Assembly (NCBI GenBank): GCA_938001965.1
Contig: CALLBC010000062.1
Coordinates: 1-61,162, forward strand
DNA from: an uncultured Bdellovibrionales bacterium
GTDB lineage: Bacteria > Bdellovibrionota > Bdellovibrionia > Bdellovibrionales > UBA1609
Direction: 5' to 3'
DNA length: 61,162 nucleotides
Positions 27,241 through 37,124 of this stretch are shown piece by piece. A program made the position numbers and the translations under genes. The first letter of the stretch is position 1, and every line of letters begins with the position of its first letter. The notes beneath the pieces are model-generated. The model ran no database searches, was not told the origin of the DNA, and saw only the letters and a list, made by a program, of their open reading frames with translations.

Positions 27241-28689
27241 ATGTTAAGTGAGTTAAAGCCTGGATCAACAGTTCACCTTATGGGTATTTGCGGGACTGCA
27301 ATGGCAAGTCTTGCCGGACTTTTACAAGACATGGGTTTTAAGATCACTGGCAGTGATCAAAATGTTTATCCACCCATGTCTACAATGCTTGAGAGTTTAG
27401 GCATTAATGTTATGGAAGGCTATCGCGGCAGTAATTTAGATCATAAGCCTGACTTTGTTATTGTTGGTAATGTAATCTCAAGAAGCAATGAAGAGGCTCA
27501 GGCTCTGTTGAAGTCTAATATTCCATATACCAGTTTACCTAAGGCAATGGGTGAGTTGGTTATTGCTGATCGGAACTCTATTGTTGTCTCTGGGACCCAT
27601 GGTAAAACAACCACAACCTCCATGCTCGCTGTTATGACTGAAGAGCATAATTTGAACCCTGGTTTTTTTGTGGGTGGTATTCCTTTAAATTACGGTAAAT
27701 CATTTAAAAAACCGACGGGTGACTATTTTGTAATTGAAGGGGATGAGTACGACACTGCCTTTTTTGATAAAGTTCCCAAGTTTGTTTATTATAAGCCAAA
27801 GTATGTTGTGTTAACTGGAATTGAGTTTGATCACGCCGATATTTATTCAAGCATTGAACAAATACTTTCTGAGTTTACAAAGTTACTAAAATTAATACCT
27901 AGCGATGGTGTTTTGGTTTATAATGGCGATTGCCCTAATATTAAAAAAATAATTTCTCACGCCAGTTGTAAAACAGCCAGTTTTGGCAGTGATCCAGCAT
28001 GTGACTACCGCTTCACAGAAAGAAGTTTGTTTGCAGGCAGAAATCAAGTTTGTGTTACAAAAAATGGTGAAAAAGTAGCTGATATGGCTTTAAAACTTTT
28101 TGGACATCATAATAGTTTAAATGCTTTGTCTTGTTATGCGTTAGCTTCCGAACTAGGCTGGGACAAAGCAACAACTTTACAAGGGCTAGCAAACTTTAAA
28201 GGTGTAAAAAGACGACAAGAGGTTATTGGGCAAATTAATGGAGTCACTGTTGTTGAAGACTTTGCTCATCATCCAACGGCTGTGGATTTAACAATTAAAT
28301 CAATGAAAGAGCAGTACCCTGGCCGCCGTTTAATTAGCATTTTTGAGCCTCGTTCGGCCACTTCACGAAGAAATATTTTTCAACAAGAATATGCAAAGGC
28401 TTTTTCAGCCACTGATATTGCGGTTATTGCTAAGCCATTTAACCAAGCTAATATTGAGGAGTCGGAGCGTTTTTCATCTGATCAGCTAATTAAGGACTTA
28501 AATGAAAGCTCGATCAATGCCCTGCAATTTGATGGAGCTGATCAGATTGTAAATTATCTTGGGGCAAATATTAAAAGTGGTGATGTTATTTTAATTATGA
28601 GTAACGGAGGTTTTGATGGCCTTTATAAAAAACTGCTTACAATATTAAAAAATAATAATGAATCAGTAAAGGCCAGTGCTAGTTTATGA
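27241..28689 (+). CDS. mpl: UDP-N-acetylmuramate:L-alanyl-gamma-D-glutamyl-meso-DAP ligase
   Basis: HLMGICGTAMASLAGLL...GSDQNVYPPMS N-terminus typical of Mpl, P-loop GTHGKTTTTSM, EGDEYDTAFFDK. Confidence 0.9.
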   Translation: MLSELKPGSTVHLMGICGTAMASLAGLLQDMGFKITGSDQNVYPPMSTMLESLGINVMEGYRGSNLDHKPDFVIVGNVISRSNEEAQALLKSNIPYTSLPKAMGELVIADRNSIVVSGTHGKTTTTSMLAVMTEEHNLNPGFFVGGIPLNYGKSFKKPTGDYFVIEGDEYDTAFFDKVPKFVYYKPKYVVLTGIEFDHADIYSSIEQILSEFTKLLKLIPSDGVLVYNGDCPNIKKIISHASCKTASFGSDPACDYRFTERSLFAGRNQVCVTKNGEKVADMALKLFGHHNSLNALSCYALASELGWDKATTLQGLANFKGVKRRQEVIGQINGVTVVEDFAHHPTAVDLTIKSMKEQYPGRRLISIFEPRSATSRRNIFQQEYAKAFSATDIAVIAKPFNQANIEESERFSSDQLIKDLNESSINALQFDGADQIVNYLGANIKSGDVILIMSNGGFDGLYKKLLTILKNNNESVKASASL

Positions 28690-29573
28690 ATTCTAAACAT
28701 ATAATTTTAGACCCAGGTCATGGTGGTACCGCCGGTAAAGACCACTTCCGACAAGGTCCTAGTGCTGAACGCGAGGAGTGGATTAATCTTCGGGTTTGCA
28801 AAGCGCTTAAGTTAGAGCTTGAAGCTAAGGGCTATATTGTTAGTTTAACCCGGCGCAAAGATGTTCATGTTGATCACCAGGCGCGGGTTGATTTTGCAAT
28901 TAGCAATAAGGCTGACTTATTTGTGTCTATTCATCATGCCAGTTGTGATCCGGCAGATCCAGAAATAAACTTTCCATTTGTGTACATACACAATACTGTG
29001 AACTCAGAAAGTAAATCAAAATTAGCAGGTAGTTTTAAGCAGGAGCTTTCAAAGGCTGGGCGCGGTGAGGCCTTAATTTATTCTGATCACTGGGTTTTTG
29101 AAACTGGCTTATTTGTACTAAGACAGCTAGAAGATAAAAATATTCCAGCCATATTAACTGAGTTTAGTTTTTTTAGTCATCCAGAAGAGGAACAGCGTTT
29201 AAAAACCATGGAGTATTGTCGTATAGAGGCACAGTACTTGGCTGCAAGTATCCATAACTACTTTTCATCCGGTGAACAGTACGATTTGTCACCGTCCAAA
29301 TTTCCATTTGAATATAAGCGTCAGTTAAACACCATTAGGGATGGGCTAAAAGAAGAAGGTAACGTTTGGCGACATTACTACTTAGAAGCACAGAAGTATG
29401 CTCAAGAAGATAAATTCCAAGATGCAATTATTAGCTATGAGAAGGCTCTGTCGTTAAACCCATATCACCCCAATATTATGGAGCAGCTGGAGAGTATGTA
29501 TGTATACTCAAAAAACTTAAAGCTTGAGGAACACTCAGAAAACTTGAGTCGACTTTTAGATTGCATTTGGTAG
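28686..29573 (+). CDS. N-acetylmuramoyl-L-alanine amidase (Amidase_3 type) with C-terminal TPR-like segment; no signal peptide
   Basis: IILDPGHGG at residue 6, SIHHAS, and TEFSFFSHPEE (Zn ligand pattern H-E-H). The C-terminus YYLEAQKYAQEDKFQDAIISYEKALSLNP is TPR-like. ATGA overlap with mpl. Confidence 0.8.
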   Translation: MNSKHIILDPGHGGTAGKDHFRQGPSAEREEWINLRVCKALKLELEAKGYIVSLTRRKDVHVDHQARVDFAISNKADLFVSIHHASCDPADPEINFPFVYIHNTVNSESKSKLAGSFKQELSKAGRGEALIYSDHWVFETGLFVLRQLEDKNIPAILTEFSFFSHPEEEQRLKTMEYCRIEAQYLAASIHNYFSSGEQYDLSPSKFPFEYKRQLNTIRDGLKEEGNVWRHYYLEAQKYAQEDKFQDAIISYEKALSLNPYHPNIMEQLESMYVYSKNLKLEEHSENLSRLLDCIW

Positions 29574-29582
29574 TAAAGTTTT

Positions 29583-30173
29583 ATGAATTTAATGGAAAAT
29601 TATGAACATAGTCTGATTGATGGTGATCGGTTAATTTTAGAGCCATTAACTGAGAAGCATATCTCTGAGTTGCCAGTACTTTTTGATATTAAAATTTGGC
29701 AGTGGTACTCAAGTTTAATTAGTTCACCCAGTGATTTACAGTCCTATTTTAAAAATTATCTAATTAATCAGGATGCAAAAAGTTCTTATACTTTTATGAT
29801 TAGACTTAAAGAAACTGGAGAACTTGTTGGGTCGTCCTCGTATTTGGTCTTTGTACCAAAACATTCACGTTTAGAAATAGGTGGAACCTGGTATGTGCCT
29901 AAATGGCAAAGGACCTTTGTAAACACTGAAACCAAAATTCACTTACTGACTAGGGCCTTTGAAGAGTTGGGGTGTAATTGTGTTCAAATTAAAACAGACA
30001 ACTTAAACGAGAGATCTAAAAAAGCCATTGAACGGCTTGGCGCTAAGTTTGATGGAGTGCTTAGAGGGCATAGAGTTTGTCATGATGGCCGCATTAGAGA
30101 CTCAATTTATTATAGTATTTTGGCTGATGAATGGCCAACTGTGAAGTCTAACCTATTGGCTAAATTAAGCTAA
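29583..30173 (+). CDS. GNAT family N-acetyltransferase (RimJ/RimL-like)
   Basis: LILEPLTEKH start, the central beta-bulge region LEIGGTWY, and NERSKKAIERLGAKFDGVLR, which is typical of RimJ-like GNATs. Confidence 0.8.
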   Translation: MNLMENYEHSLIDGDRLILEPLTEKHISELPVLFDIKIWQWYSSLISSPSDLQSYFKNYLINQDAKSSYTFMIRLKETGELVGSSSYLVFVPKHSRLEIGGTWYVPKWQRTFVNTETKIHLLTRAFEELGCNCVQIKTDNLNERSKKAIERLGAKFDGVLRGHRVCHDGRIRDSIYYSILADEWPTVKSNLLAKLS

Positions 30174-30293
30174 TCATCAATTATTTAGTTTTAATGCCTG
30201 CAAGGCTAGTTTGAGTTGATACAACTTTTAATAAGTATGAAAAGCTTTCACTATGACTTTAGAGAGTCGGGACTATGTGGTAAAGTACTCACT

Positions 30294-31199
30294 ATGAATT
30301 TTCAGAATGTAAACCTTAATAACTTGCGTGTTTTTGAAGCTGTTTTTCGAGCCAAGTGTATGACCACTGCCTCTAAAGAACTACACCTCACTCAAAGTGG
30401 AGTGAGTCAGCACATAAAAAATTTAGAAAACACATTAGAGGTGAGTTTATTTGATCGTGTTAATAAAAGTTTATTACCCACTGAAGAAGGAACTAAGCTT
30501 TATGAACAAGTGAAGCAAGGCTTGGGTATCTTAGCTGATAGTATTTCCACAATTAGTCAAAAAGAAATGGAAGTGGAAGGTTTAGTAAGAATAGGCATGC
30601 CCGTTGAGTTTGGTATTAACCTTGTTATCCCTGAGTTGGTTAAAATTGGCGAAAAGTACCCGGGTTTAAAGTATAAAATTAACTTAGGTTACGCCAAGGA
30701 TATGAATGATCTTTTATTAAATGGGGACTTAGATGTAGCTATTGTTGATACCTATAAAATGGATAATAAAATTGAGGTTAAAAAATTAACTGAAGAAACC
30801 CTGCATATGTGCTGCACAGAAAACTATTTAAAAAAGAGAAAGTTAAAACCCGTTTTAAATAAAAAATTTTTTGAAAGCCTAAACTATGTGGCTTATCAAG
30901 ATGGAGAGGTGGTCTTGCGCTCTTGGATTAACCACCATATCAAACGTAAAAACTTGAATATTAATGCCACTGTTCAGGTTATGGATGTTCAGGCGGTGAG
31001 TAAGGTGATCATGAAGGATTTTGCCGTGGGTGCACTTCCTGGGGCCATGGTGAAGCAACTTCAGAAAAATGGTGTTAAAGTGATTTGTTTACCTGAGTCT
31101 AAAAAAGTACTAACCAATCAATTGAGCCTTACTTATATAAAAAATAGAAGTCATAATCTTGTAACTCAAACACTTATTGATGAGCTATTGGCCATTTAG
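30294..31199 (+). CDS. LysR-family transcriptional regulator
   Basis: ATG 30294 gives MNFQNVNLNNLRVFEAVFRAKCMTTASKELHLTQSGVSQHIKNLE (LysR wHTH) followed by a substrate-binding domain. The track start TTG 30216 adds 26 unlikely residues. Confidence 0.9.
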   Translation: MNFQNVNLNNLRVFEAVFRAKCMTTASKELHLTQSGVSQHIKNLENTLEVSLFDRVNKSLLPTEEGTKLYEQVKQGLGILADSISTISQKEMEVEGLVRIGMPVEFGINLVIPELVKIGEKYPGLKYKINLGYAKDMNDLLLNGDLDVAIVDTYKMDNKIEVKKLTEETLHMCCTENYLKKRKLKPVLNKKFFESLNYVAYQDGEVVLRSWINHHIKRKNLNINATVQVMDVQAVSKVIMKDFAVGALPGAMVKQLQKNGVKVICLPESKKVLTNQLSLTYIKNRSHNLVTQTLIDELLAI

Positions 31200-31278
31200 A
31201 TCCTCGTTTATTCAAAAACATATCTTTTAAGAATATATAAGTTTCATTTCTAATGTTTTATTTATAAAAGCTAATCCT

Positions 31279-31710
31279 ATGAAACTTGTTGTTAAGGTTA
31301 CTTTTTTAGTTTTTATGTCTATGAGTATGATGAGCTGTTTAGATATTTTTCCATTTATGCAGAAAATTGTGTTAACTGAAAATGAGATAAAGTTGGTGAA
31401 AAAATTTGAAAATTATATTTTAAATCAAAAGTACGATGAAGCGTCTGGAATGATATATCCTCGTTATATGAGTAAAAAGAAAGTTGAAGAGTTATTTAAA
31501 AATAAATTCGCAGGGAAAAAGATTGTGCAAATTAGTTTTAGACGCAGCGAATGGAAGCCTCAGGTCTCTAAAGGAAGTGAAATAAATAAAAAGACCAACC
31601 TATCTAAAGATTATTTTTTTGCAGACCAATCAAAAAAAAATGCTAGTATGATATTATATAGCTATAAAAATGGTGATGTAAAACTAATGGGTTTTAATTT
31701 GTTTGATTAG
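31279..31710 (+). CDS. Hypothetical lipoprotein (143 aa)
   Basis: Signal plus possible lipobox (FMSMSMMSC). No recognised motif. Confidence 0.5.
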   Translation: MKLVVKVTFLVFMSMSMMSCLDIFPFMQKIVLTENEIKLVKKFENYILNQKYDEASGMIYPRYMSKKKVEELFKNKFAGKKIVQISFRRSEWKPQVSKGSEINKKTNLSKDYFFADQSKKNASMILYSYKNGDVKLMGFNLFD

Positions 31711-31715
31711 CTATT

Positions 31716-32252
31716 TTAGTTTTTCTTAGGCTTTTTTGTAATCCATAAATTAATTTGTCCGGTAACCACAGGTAGCCCATTGGTGTCTTCGGCAATGACA
31801 GGAACAACAAGATCTCCTGTCTTCCAGTCAGAGGCTTTAATTTTAGCAGTGCATAAAATATCTGTAGCCCCTTTGTTAGGGTACTCAAGCTTCATACTTT
31901 TTGGGATCCACCTTAAATGCTTTGGTATGGAGGTTTCAGCCATAAAGCCCATGGCCATTTCTAGCCCATTGGCAATAGCTATAACATGGACAGTGCCAAT
32001 ATGGTTTTGAACTTTTTTAGTTTTTTTAATAAAAATTTGACAGTGATTGGGCTCTAAGGTTTTTATAAGCGGAGACACTGTGCTGAAGTAAGGAGCTTTC
32101 TTCGCTGCATACATAGAAAACAATTTTCGACCGAATGGATAATTACAAAATTTGTTAAAAAGTTTAATTAAGTGCATACAAAAACGATAGGGTATCCGGC
32201 AGCTATTGTCCATAGAGCTTTTTGGGCCTTTTTTTAAGGCATGAGTCCTCAT
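31716..32252 (-). CDS. Hotdog-fold thioesterase-like protein (DUF4442-like)
   Basis: APYFSTVSPLIKTLEPNHCQIFIKK...NHIGTVHVIAIANGLEMAMG resembles the DUF4442/YiiD-C hotdog pattern as I recall it. The true start is probably an internal Met. Confidence 0.45.
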   Translation of the reverse strand: MRTHALKKGPKSSMDNSCRIPYRFCMHLIKLFNKFCNYPFGRKLFSMYAAKKAPYFSTVSPLIKTLEPNHCQIFIKKTKKVQNHIGTVHVIAIANGLEMAMGFMAETSIPKHLRWIPKSMKLEYPNKGATDILCTAKIKASDWKTGDLVVPVIAEDTNGLPVVTGQINLWITKKPKKN

Positions 32253-32355
32253 GCAGGGCGTTATCTAGCCAATAAAACCTCATCAATTTTACTTGGTTAA
32301 TTTTGAAGTCAGCCTTGATTTTAAGCCTCGACAGTGAGGGGACTAGCTACTATCT

Positions 32356-34860
32356 TTGCCCTCTATGGAAAAAAAGCTAACACCCCTTATGAAGCAGTAC
32401 TGGGAAGTGAAGTCTCAGCACCAAGATAAAATTTTATTTTTTAGGATGGGAGATTTTTATGAAATGTTTCATAAAGATGCTGAGCTGGCAGCTCCCATTT
32501 TAAACATTGCCTTAACATCAAGAAATAAAAAAGCAAAAGACGACACTAAGATGTGCGGTATGCCCCATCATAGTATTGCTGGCGCATTGGCAAAGCTTTT
32601 AGCGGCGGGTCATAAGGTGGCTTTATGTGATCAGGTGGAAGACCCAAAGTTAGCCAAGGGTTTAGTAAAAAGAGCGGTTACAAGAATTTTAAGCCCTGGG
32701 ATGGTCTATGACCCAGAAACTTTAGATGAACTGAATGCCAATTATATTTGTAGCTATGATGAAAAAACCATGGCCTTTTATGATTCATCCACTGGTGAGG
32801 CTTTTTATTATTTATTAAATAAAGTTCAAAAAGCTAAAAATTTATTATCAATTTTAAGTCCAGTGGAGATTGTTTTAAGTGGTGCTGGAAAAACTAAAGA
32901 GTTTTCTGATCTCGGTATGCGCTTTCATATTACAGCCCATGATATTAATGAAAACTTTAAAAAGCTAGATGAGCCAGAGCCAGTGCTCAGATTAAAAAGC
33001 TATGCCCAGTATATGGCCGGTGGCAAAGAAGTAAGTTTAAAATTTGAAGTTAAAAATTTGAACCAAAACATGAATTTATCTCCAATAACGCTAAGGCACC
33101 TAGAGATTTTTAAAACCTATCAAGGGGAGCTTAAAGGGAGTTTATTTGCAGCCATTAATAGATGTAAAACGTCTAGCGGTTCTAGGCTTTTAAAAAAGTG
33201 GTTGAGTTTCCCCTTATTAGAGGAAAAAGAGATTACAAAAAGATTTGATGCCGTCTCTTTTTGGATGGGTAAAACTTTAAGTTTAAAAGCTGTAAGAAAA
33301 ATTTTGTCTGGTGTTGGTGATGTGGAAAGGCGACTGAGTAAGGTTTCACAGTCCCACAGTGGCCCGCGAGACTTACTAAGTTTGATCCAGTCATTGAAGT
33401 CCGGGCTTGCAGCTTTAAACCTAGAAGGCTTAGATGATAGCTTTAAGCCTCAAGAAAAGGTTTTAGCTCCTCTTATTGACCTTGCTGAGAGTATGATCGT
33501 GGAAGATCCGCCTGTGAGTGCAGCCAAGGGTGGAGTTATTCAAAAAGGCTTTGATGATGAGTTAGATCAATTAATTAAAGTCACTGACCATGGCCAAAAG
33601 ATGTTGGCTGAGATGGAAGCCGCTGAGCGCACTAAAACTGGAATTAGTAATTTAAAAATAAAATATAATAACGTATTTGGTTATTTTATTGAAGTAACCA
33701 ATTCCCACAAAGATAAAGTGCCAAGTCACTATACCCGAAAACAAACTTTAACTAATGCTGAACGCTATTTAACCGGTGAGTTAAAAGAGTTAGAAGAGAA
33801 AATTCTATCTGGAAAAACTAAACGATTGGAGCTAGAGCAAAAACTGTTTAACGATTTAAGGTTAGAATTTTTAAAGTTATCCAATGAGATTTTGTTTGTA
33901 TCTAGAGTGTGGAGTGAGCTTGATCTATTGAGTTCCTTTGCGTGGCTTGCCATTGAGCAAAACTATTGTCGCCCTGAGTTTATAAATACTGGTGAGATAT
34001 TAATTAAAAAAAGCAGACATCCTGTCATTGAGCAAGAGCTTGCAGAACCATTTATTGCTAATGATATCTTTTTAAATAAAGGGGAGTGTTTGTTGTTAAC
34101 TGGGCCTAATATGGCGGGTAAAAGCACTATCATGCGTCAGGTGGCTATAACAGCTTTAATGGCCCAGGTGGGATGTTTTGTTCCAGCTAAAATGAGTAAG
34201 CTTCCTATATATGATCAAATATTCACAAGAATTGGTGCCAGCGACTCACTCACAGAAGGCTTGTCCACGTTTATGGTGGAAATGAAAGAAACTTCTGAGA
34301 TACTTCAGGCTAGTACGGAGAGCTCACTAATTATAATGGATGAAGTTGGAAGAGGGACAAGCACATTTGATGGAATGAGTTTAGCCCAAAGTATTTTGGA
34401 GTACATTTTAAATAAGGGACAGTCTCCACATTGTTTGTTTGCCACTCATTACCATGAGTTAACGGCCTTAGAAAATAAGTATAAGCCAGTTAAAAACGTT
34501 CATATGGCTATTAAAGATGAAAAAGGCACCCTCCAGTTCCTTTATCAACTGATGCTTGGACCAGCTAATAAATCCTATGGAATTCAAGTGGCAAAGCTTG
34601 CTGGCTTACCTGTTTCTGTGGTTAAGCGTGCTGAGACTTTATTAAGATCTTTTGAAAGTGGTGATCATAAGGGCTTTAGCGATGACCTTCCTTTATTAAA
34701 CTTCCAGGGTGATGAGTTTGTGGATAATGAGCAAGCCATTGATTTAAAAACTGAGGCTGAAGGTACGCTTTTAGAAGAAATTAAAAAAATCTCTTTAGGA
34801 GAAGTGACACCCCTTGAGGCATTGAATAAGATAGCTTCATGGCAGCAAAATCTTTCATAG
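32356..34860 (+). CDS. mutS: DNA mismatch repair protein MutS
   Basis: TPLMKQYWEVK, FFRMGDFYE, Walker A TGPNMAGKST, MDEVGRGTSTFDG, THYHEL. The likely start is ATG 32365; the track start is TTG 32356. Confidence 0.95.
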   Translation: MPSMEKKLTPLMKQYWEVKSQHQDKILFFRMGDFYEMFHKDAELAAPILNIALTSRNKKAKDDTKMCGMPHHSIAGALAKLLAAGHKVALCDQVEDPKLAKGLVKRAVTRILSPGMVYDPETLDELNANYICSYDEKTMAFYDSSTGEAFYYLLNKVQKAKNLLSILSPVEIVLSGAGKTKEFSDLGMRFHITAHDINENFKKLDEPEPVLRLKSYAQYMAGGKEVSLKFEVKNLNQNMNLSPITLRHLEIFKTYQGELKGSLFAAINRCKTSSGSRLLKKWLSFPLLEEKEITKRFDAVSFWMGKTLSLKAVRKILSGVGDVERRLSKVSQSHSGPRDLLSLIQSLKSGLAALNLEGLDDSFKPQEKVLAPLIDLAESMIVEDPPVSAAKGGVIQKGFDDELDQLIKVTDHGQKMLAEMEAAERTKTGISNLKIKYNNVFGYFIEVTNSHKDKVPSHYTRKQTLTNAERYLTGELKELEEKILSGKTKRLELEQKLFNDLRLEFLKLSNEILFVSRVWSELDLLSSFAWLAIEQNYCRPEFINTGEILIKKSRHPVIEQELAEPFIANDIFLNKGECLLLTGPNMAGKSTIMRQVAITALMAQVGCFVPAKMSKLPIYDQIFTRIGASDSLTEGLSTFMVEMKETSEILQASTESSLIIMDEVGRGTSTFDGMSLAQSILEYILNKGQSPHCLFATHYHELTALENKYKPVKNVHMAIKDEKGTLQFLYQLMLGPANKSYGIQVAKLAGLPVSVVKRAETLLRSFESGDHKGFSDDLPLLNFQGDEFVDNEQAIDLKTEAEGTLLEEIKKISLGEVTPLEALNKIASWQQNLS

Positions 34861-37112
34861 AAAAAAAGGATGTCCCTCAGTTTAAAGAGCACTTTAATAG
34901 GTGCTTTAAACTTATGGAGGATGCCGGTGAAAGTTGGCAGTGGCTAAGCACTAAAATATCATTAAACTTAGAGCACTACTTAATTGATCGTTTATCTAAA
35001 ATTCCTAATAGGGACAAAGTCCAAGTGATTAGTGTGGGGTCCTGGTCAAGATCAGAGCTCTGTCCAAGGTCAGATATTGACGTCATATTATTAGGAGAGG
35101 ATAAAGAGCTACGGTTGTTTGTCTCTGAGGCTGAGGCTAAAGGGATCTATTTAAAGTATAGAACCCCAGCAGATATCAATGATTGGTCAATCGGGGTTCA
35201 TGCCTTTGATCATTTATCTTTATTGTTTGCTGTTGCAGTGGATAAAAAGGCTGAGACAATTTTATTAGAGCAAAAAAATAAACTCTGGGAAAACTCTGAA
35301 AAAATAAAAGAAGAGATCATTGATTTAATGTACACTGAAAGAGTGGCGCGTAATAAAAGGTATGACTCCTTAGCGAACTATTTAGAGCCTAATTTAAAGT
35401 ATGGGCCAGGTGGTTTGCGCGATTTGCAGCAATCTTTGGTAACAACAAAGCTATATCCTAAAATCTTTAATAATTATAAAAAAGAAGTGAGTTATTTAGA
35501 TAATATTAAATCATTTTTATTGGTGGTGAGGTATTTGCTTCACTTAGATGGTGGTGGTGATAATTTAGTGGCCAGCTCACAGCAAGGTTTCCATAAGTTA
35601 TTGGGTTTTGATTCTCGGTTAAGCTTTACCTCTCAACTCCAAAAGTCACTTTCAGAAATTAATTTTTATACTCAGTGGATTTATGAGCATACACAAGCAA
35701 ATCCTAATGAGCAGTCCATGCTTTATAGTATGAAAATTGACAGTTTTAGTGATGCCATGGATGTATTACTGGCTAAACCCAACGTGCTTGTTCAGGAGTT
35801 GGTTAAAAATAAAATTAAGCCAATGTCTGTTGGTGAAAGTGATCGTATAGATTTTGCTAATATATTTAATAATAAAAATTGTAATGAAGAGCAAATTATA
35901 GCTTTGTTTAGTTCGGGAATAATTTATAAATTATTCTCTCACTTAGAAAGAGTGAAAGGTTTAGTGCAGTATGATCATTACCATCGGTATACTGTTGACG
36001 CCCATACCCTTCAGGCTCTTCGCTTTTACTTGAAATCCATTAAGGACCCAGAGCCTATATTAGGTTTGAATAAAGAGTGGCTAGCAGAGCTAGATGAGGA
36101 AAGCCATCAAATCCTTATATGGTCTTTACTGTATCATGATATGGCGAAGGGTTTAAAGGGGAGCCACAGTGAGCTTGGTGCTGAGCTTGCTATAACAGAG
36201 CTGCCAGGTTTTGGGGTTGACCCTAAGTTATATAATGAAGTGGCTTGGCAGGTTAAGAATCATTTAATTTTATCTGATGCAGCCTTTAGGAAAAACCCAC
36301 AAGCTCCATCCACTTGGCAATGGCTTAATGAAAAGGGTTTAAACTCAATGCGTTTAAAAATCCTATGTGTTTTAACAGCTATTGATATAATGGCCACAAA
36401 CATTGAGGCATGGACGCCGTGGAAGTCAGAGTTGCTATATAGATTAGTAAAACAAATCTTGTCTCCACAGGTTTCAGGTTTTGTTGATTTAACAAAAAGT
36501 TTAGAGGGTGTTGGTACACAGATACAAAGAGAAGAGTATATAAAGGCCTTGGAGCCAATGATTGTTGGCTCTGTACCAGCGAGTGTTTTTACTGAAGACT
36601 TTAAAGCGCTAGTTAATAAAAATGAAACGTCTTTGCCGTTGCAGGTGCACCAAATAGATGAAAAGTACACATGGGTGCGGCTTCATTCTTTTAAGGATGA
36701 AAAAGGATTATTTTTAGATTGGTCAAAACTTTTATACACCACTGGTTGTGCCGTTCGAGAGGCTTATGTTAATACTCTGCCCAATTTTGGGGCGTACAAT
36801 TGGTTTAAGGTAAAAACCAGAAAGTCACCCAATGTTTTGCTTAAGCTGCTTCAAGCCGCGCAAAGTGAAGTTCCCCACTTTAGAGATGTAGAGTTTAAAT
36901 CTATTAAACTTATTGATTCTCCTAAAGATGATGAATGGATTATTCGCTTTAAAGGGGAGGACCAAGAAGGGGCCTTGGTAGGAGCTGTGCAAAAAATATT
37001 TGATCACGATTTAGAAATCATTTGGGCCCGCGTCCATACGTGGGGAGATGTCTTAGAAGATGTCTTCGCCGTAAAAGGAACGCAAGAAAATATTAACAAA
37101 TTATTAAGTTAG
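34839..37112 (+). CDS. GlnD-like nucleotidyltransferase / HD-domain protein (putative PII uridylyltransferase)
   Basis: NTase motif GSWSRSELCPRSDIDVILL, GPGGLRDLQ, HD motif LLYHDMAKG, and a C-terminal ACT-like region. At 757 aa it is shorter than typical GlnD. Its ATG lies 22 nt inside the mutS 3' end. Confidence 0.7.
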   Translation: MAAKSFIEKKDVPQFKEHFNRCFKLMEDAGESWQWLSTKISLNLEHYLIDRLSKIPNRDKVQVISVGSWSRSELCPRSDIDVILLGEDKELRLFVSEAEAKGIYLKYRTPADINDWSIGVHAFDHLSLLFAVAVDKKAETILLEQKNKLWENSEKIKEEIIDLMYTERVARNKRYDSLANYLEPNLKYGPGGLRDLQQSLVTTKLYPKIFNNYKKEVSYLDNIKSFLLVVRYLLHLDGGGDNLVASSQQGFHKLLGFDSRLSFTSQLQKSLSEINFYTQWIYEHTQANPNEQSMLYSMKIDSFSDAMDVLLAKPNVLVQELVKNKIKPMSVGESDRIDFANIFNNKNCNEEQIIALFSSGIIYKLFSHLERVKGLVQYDHYHRYTVDAHTLQALRFYLKSIKDPEPILGLNKEWLAELDEESHQILIWSLLYHDMAKGLKGSHSELGAELAITELPGFGVDPKLYNEVAWQVKNHLILSDAAFRKNPQAPSTWQWLNEKGLNSMRLKILCVLTAIDIMATNIEAWTPWKSELLYRLVKQILSPQVSGFVDLTKSLEGVGTQIQREEYIKALEPMIVGSVPASVFTEDFKALVNKNETSLPLQVHQIDEKYTWVRLHSFKDEKGLFLDWSKLLYTTGCAVREAYVNTLPNFGAYNWFKVKTRKSPNVLLKLLQAAQSEVPHFRDVEFKSIKLIDSPKDDEWIIRFKGEDQEGALVGAVQKIFDHDLEIIWARVHTWGDVLEDVFAVKGTQENINKLLS

Positions 37113-37124
37113 TGCTAAAGAAGT

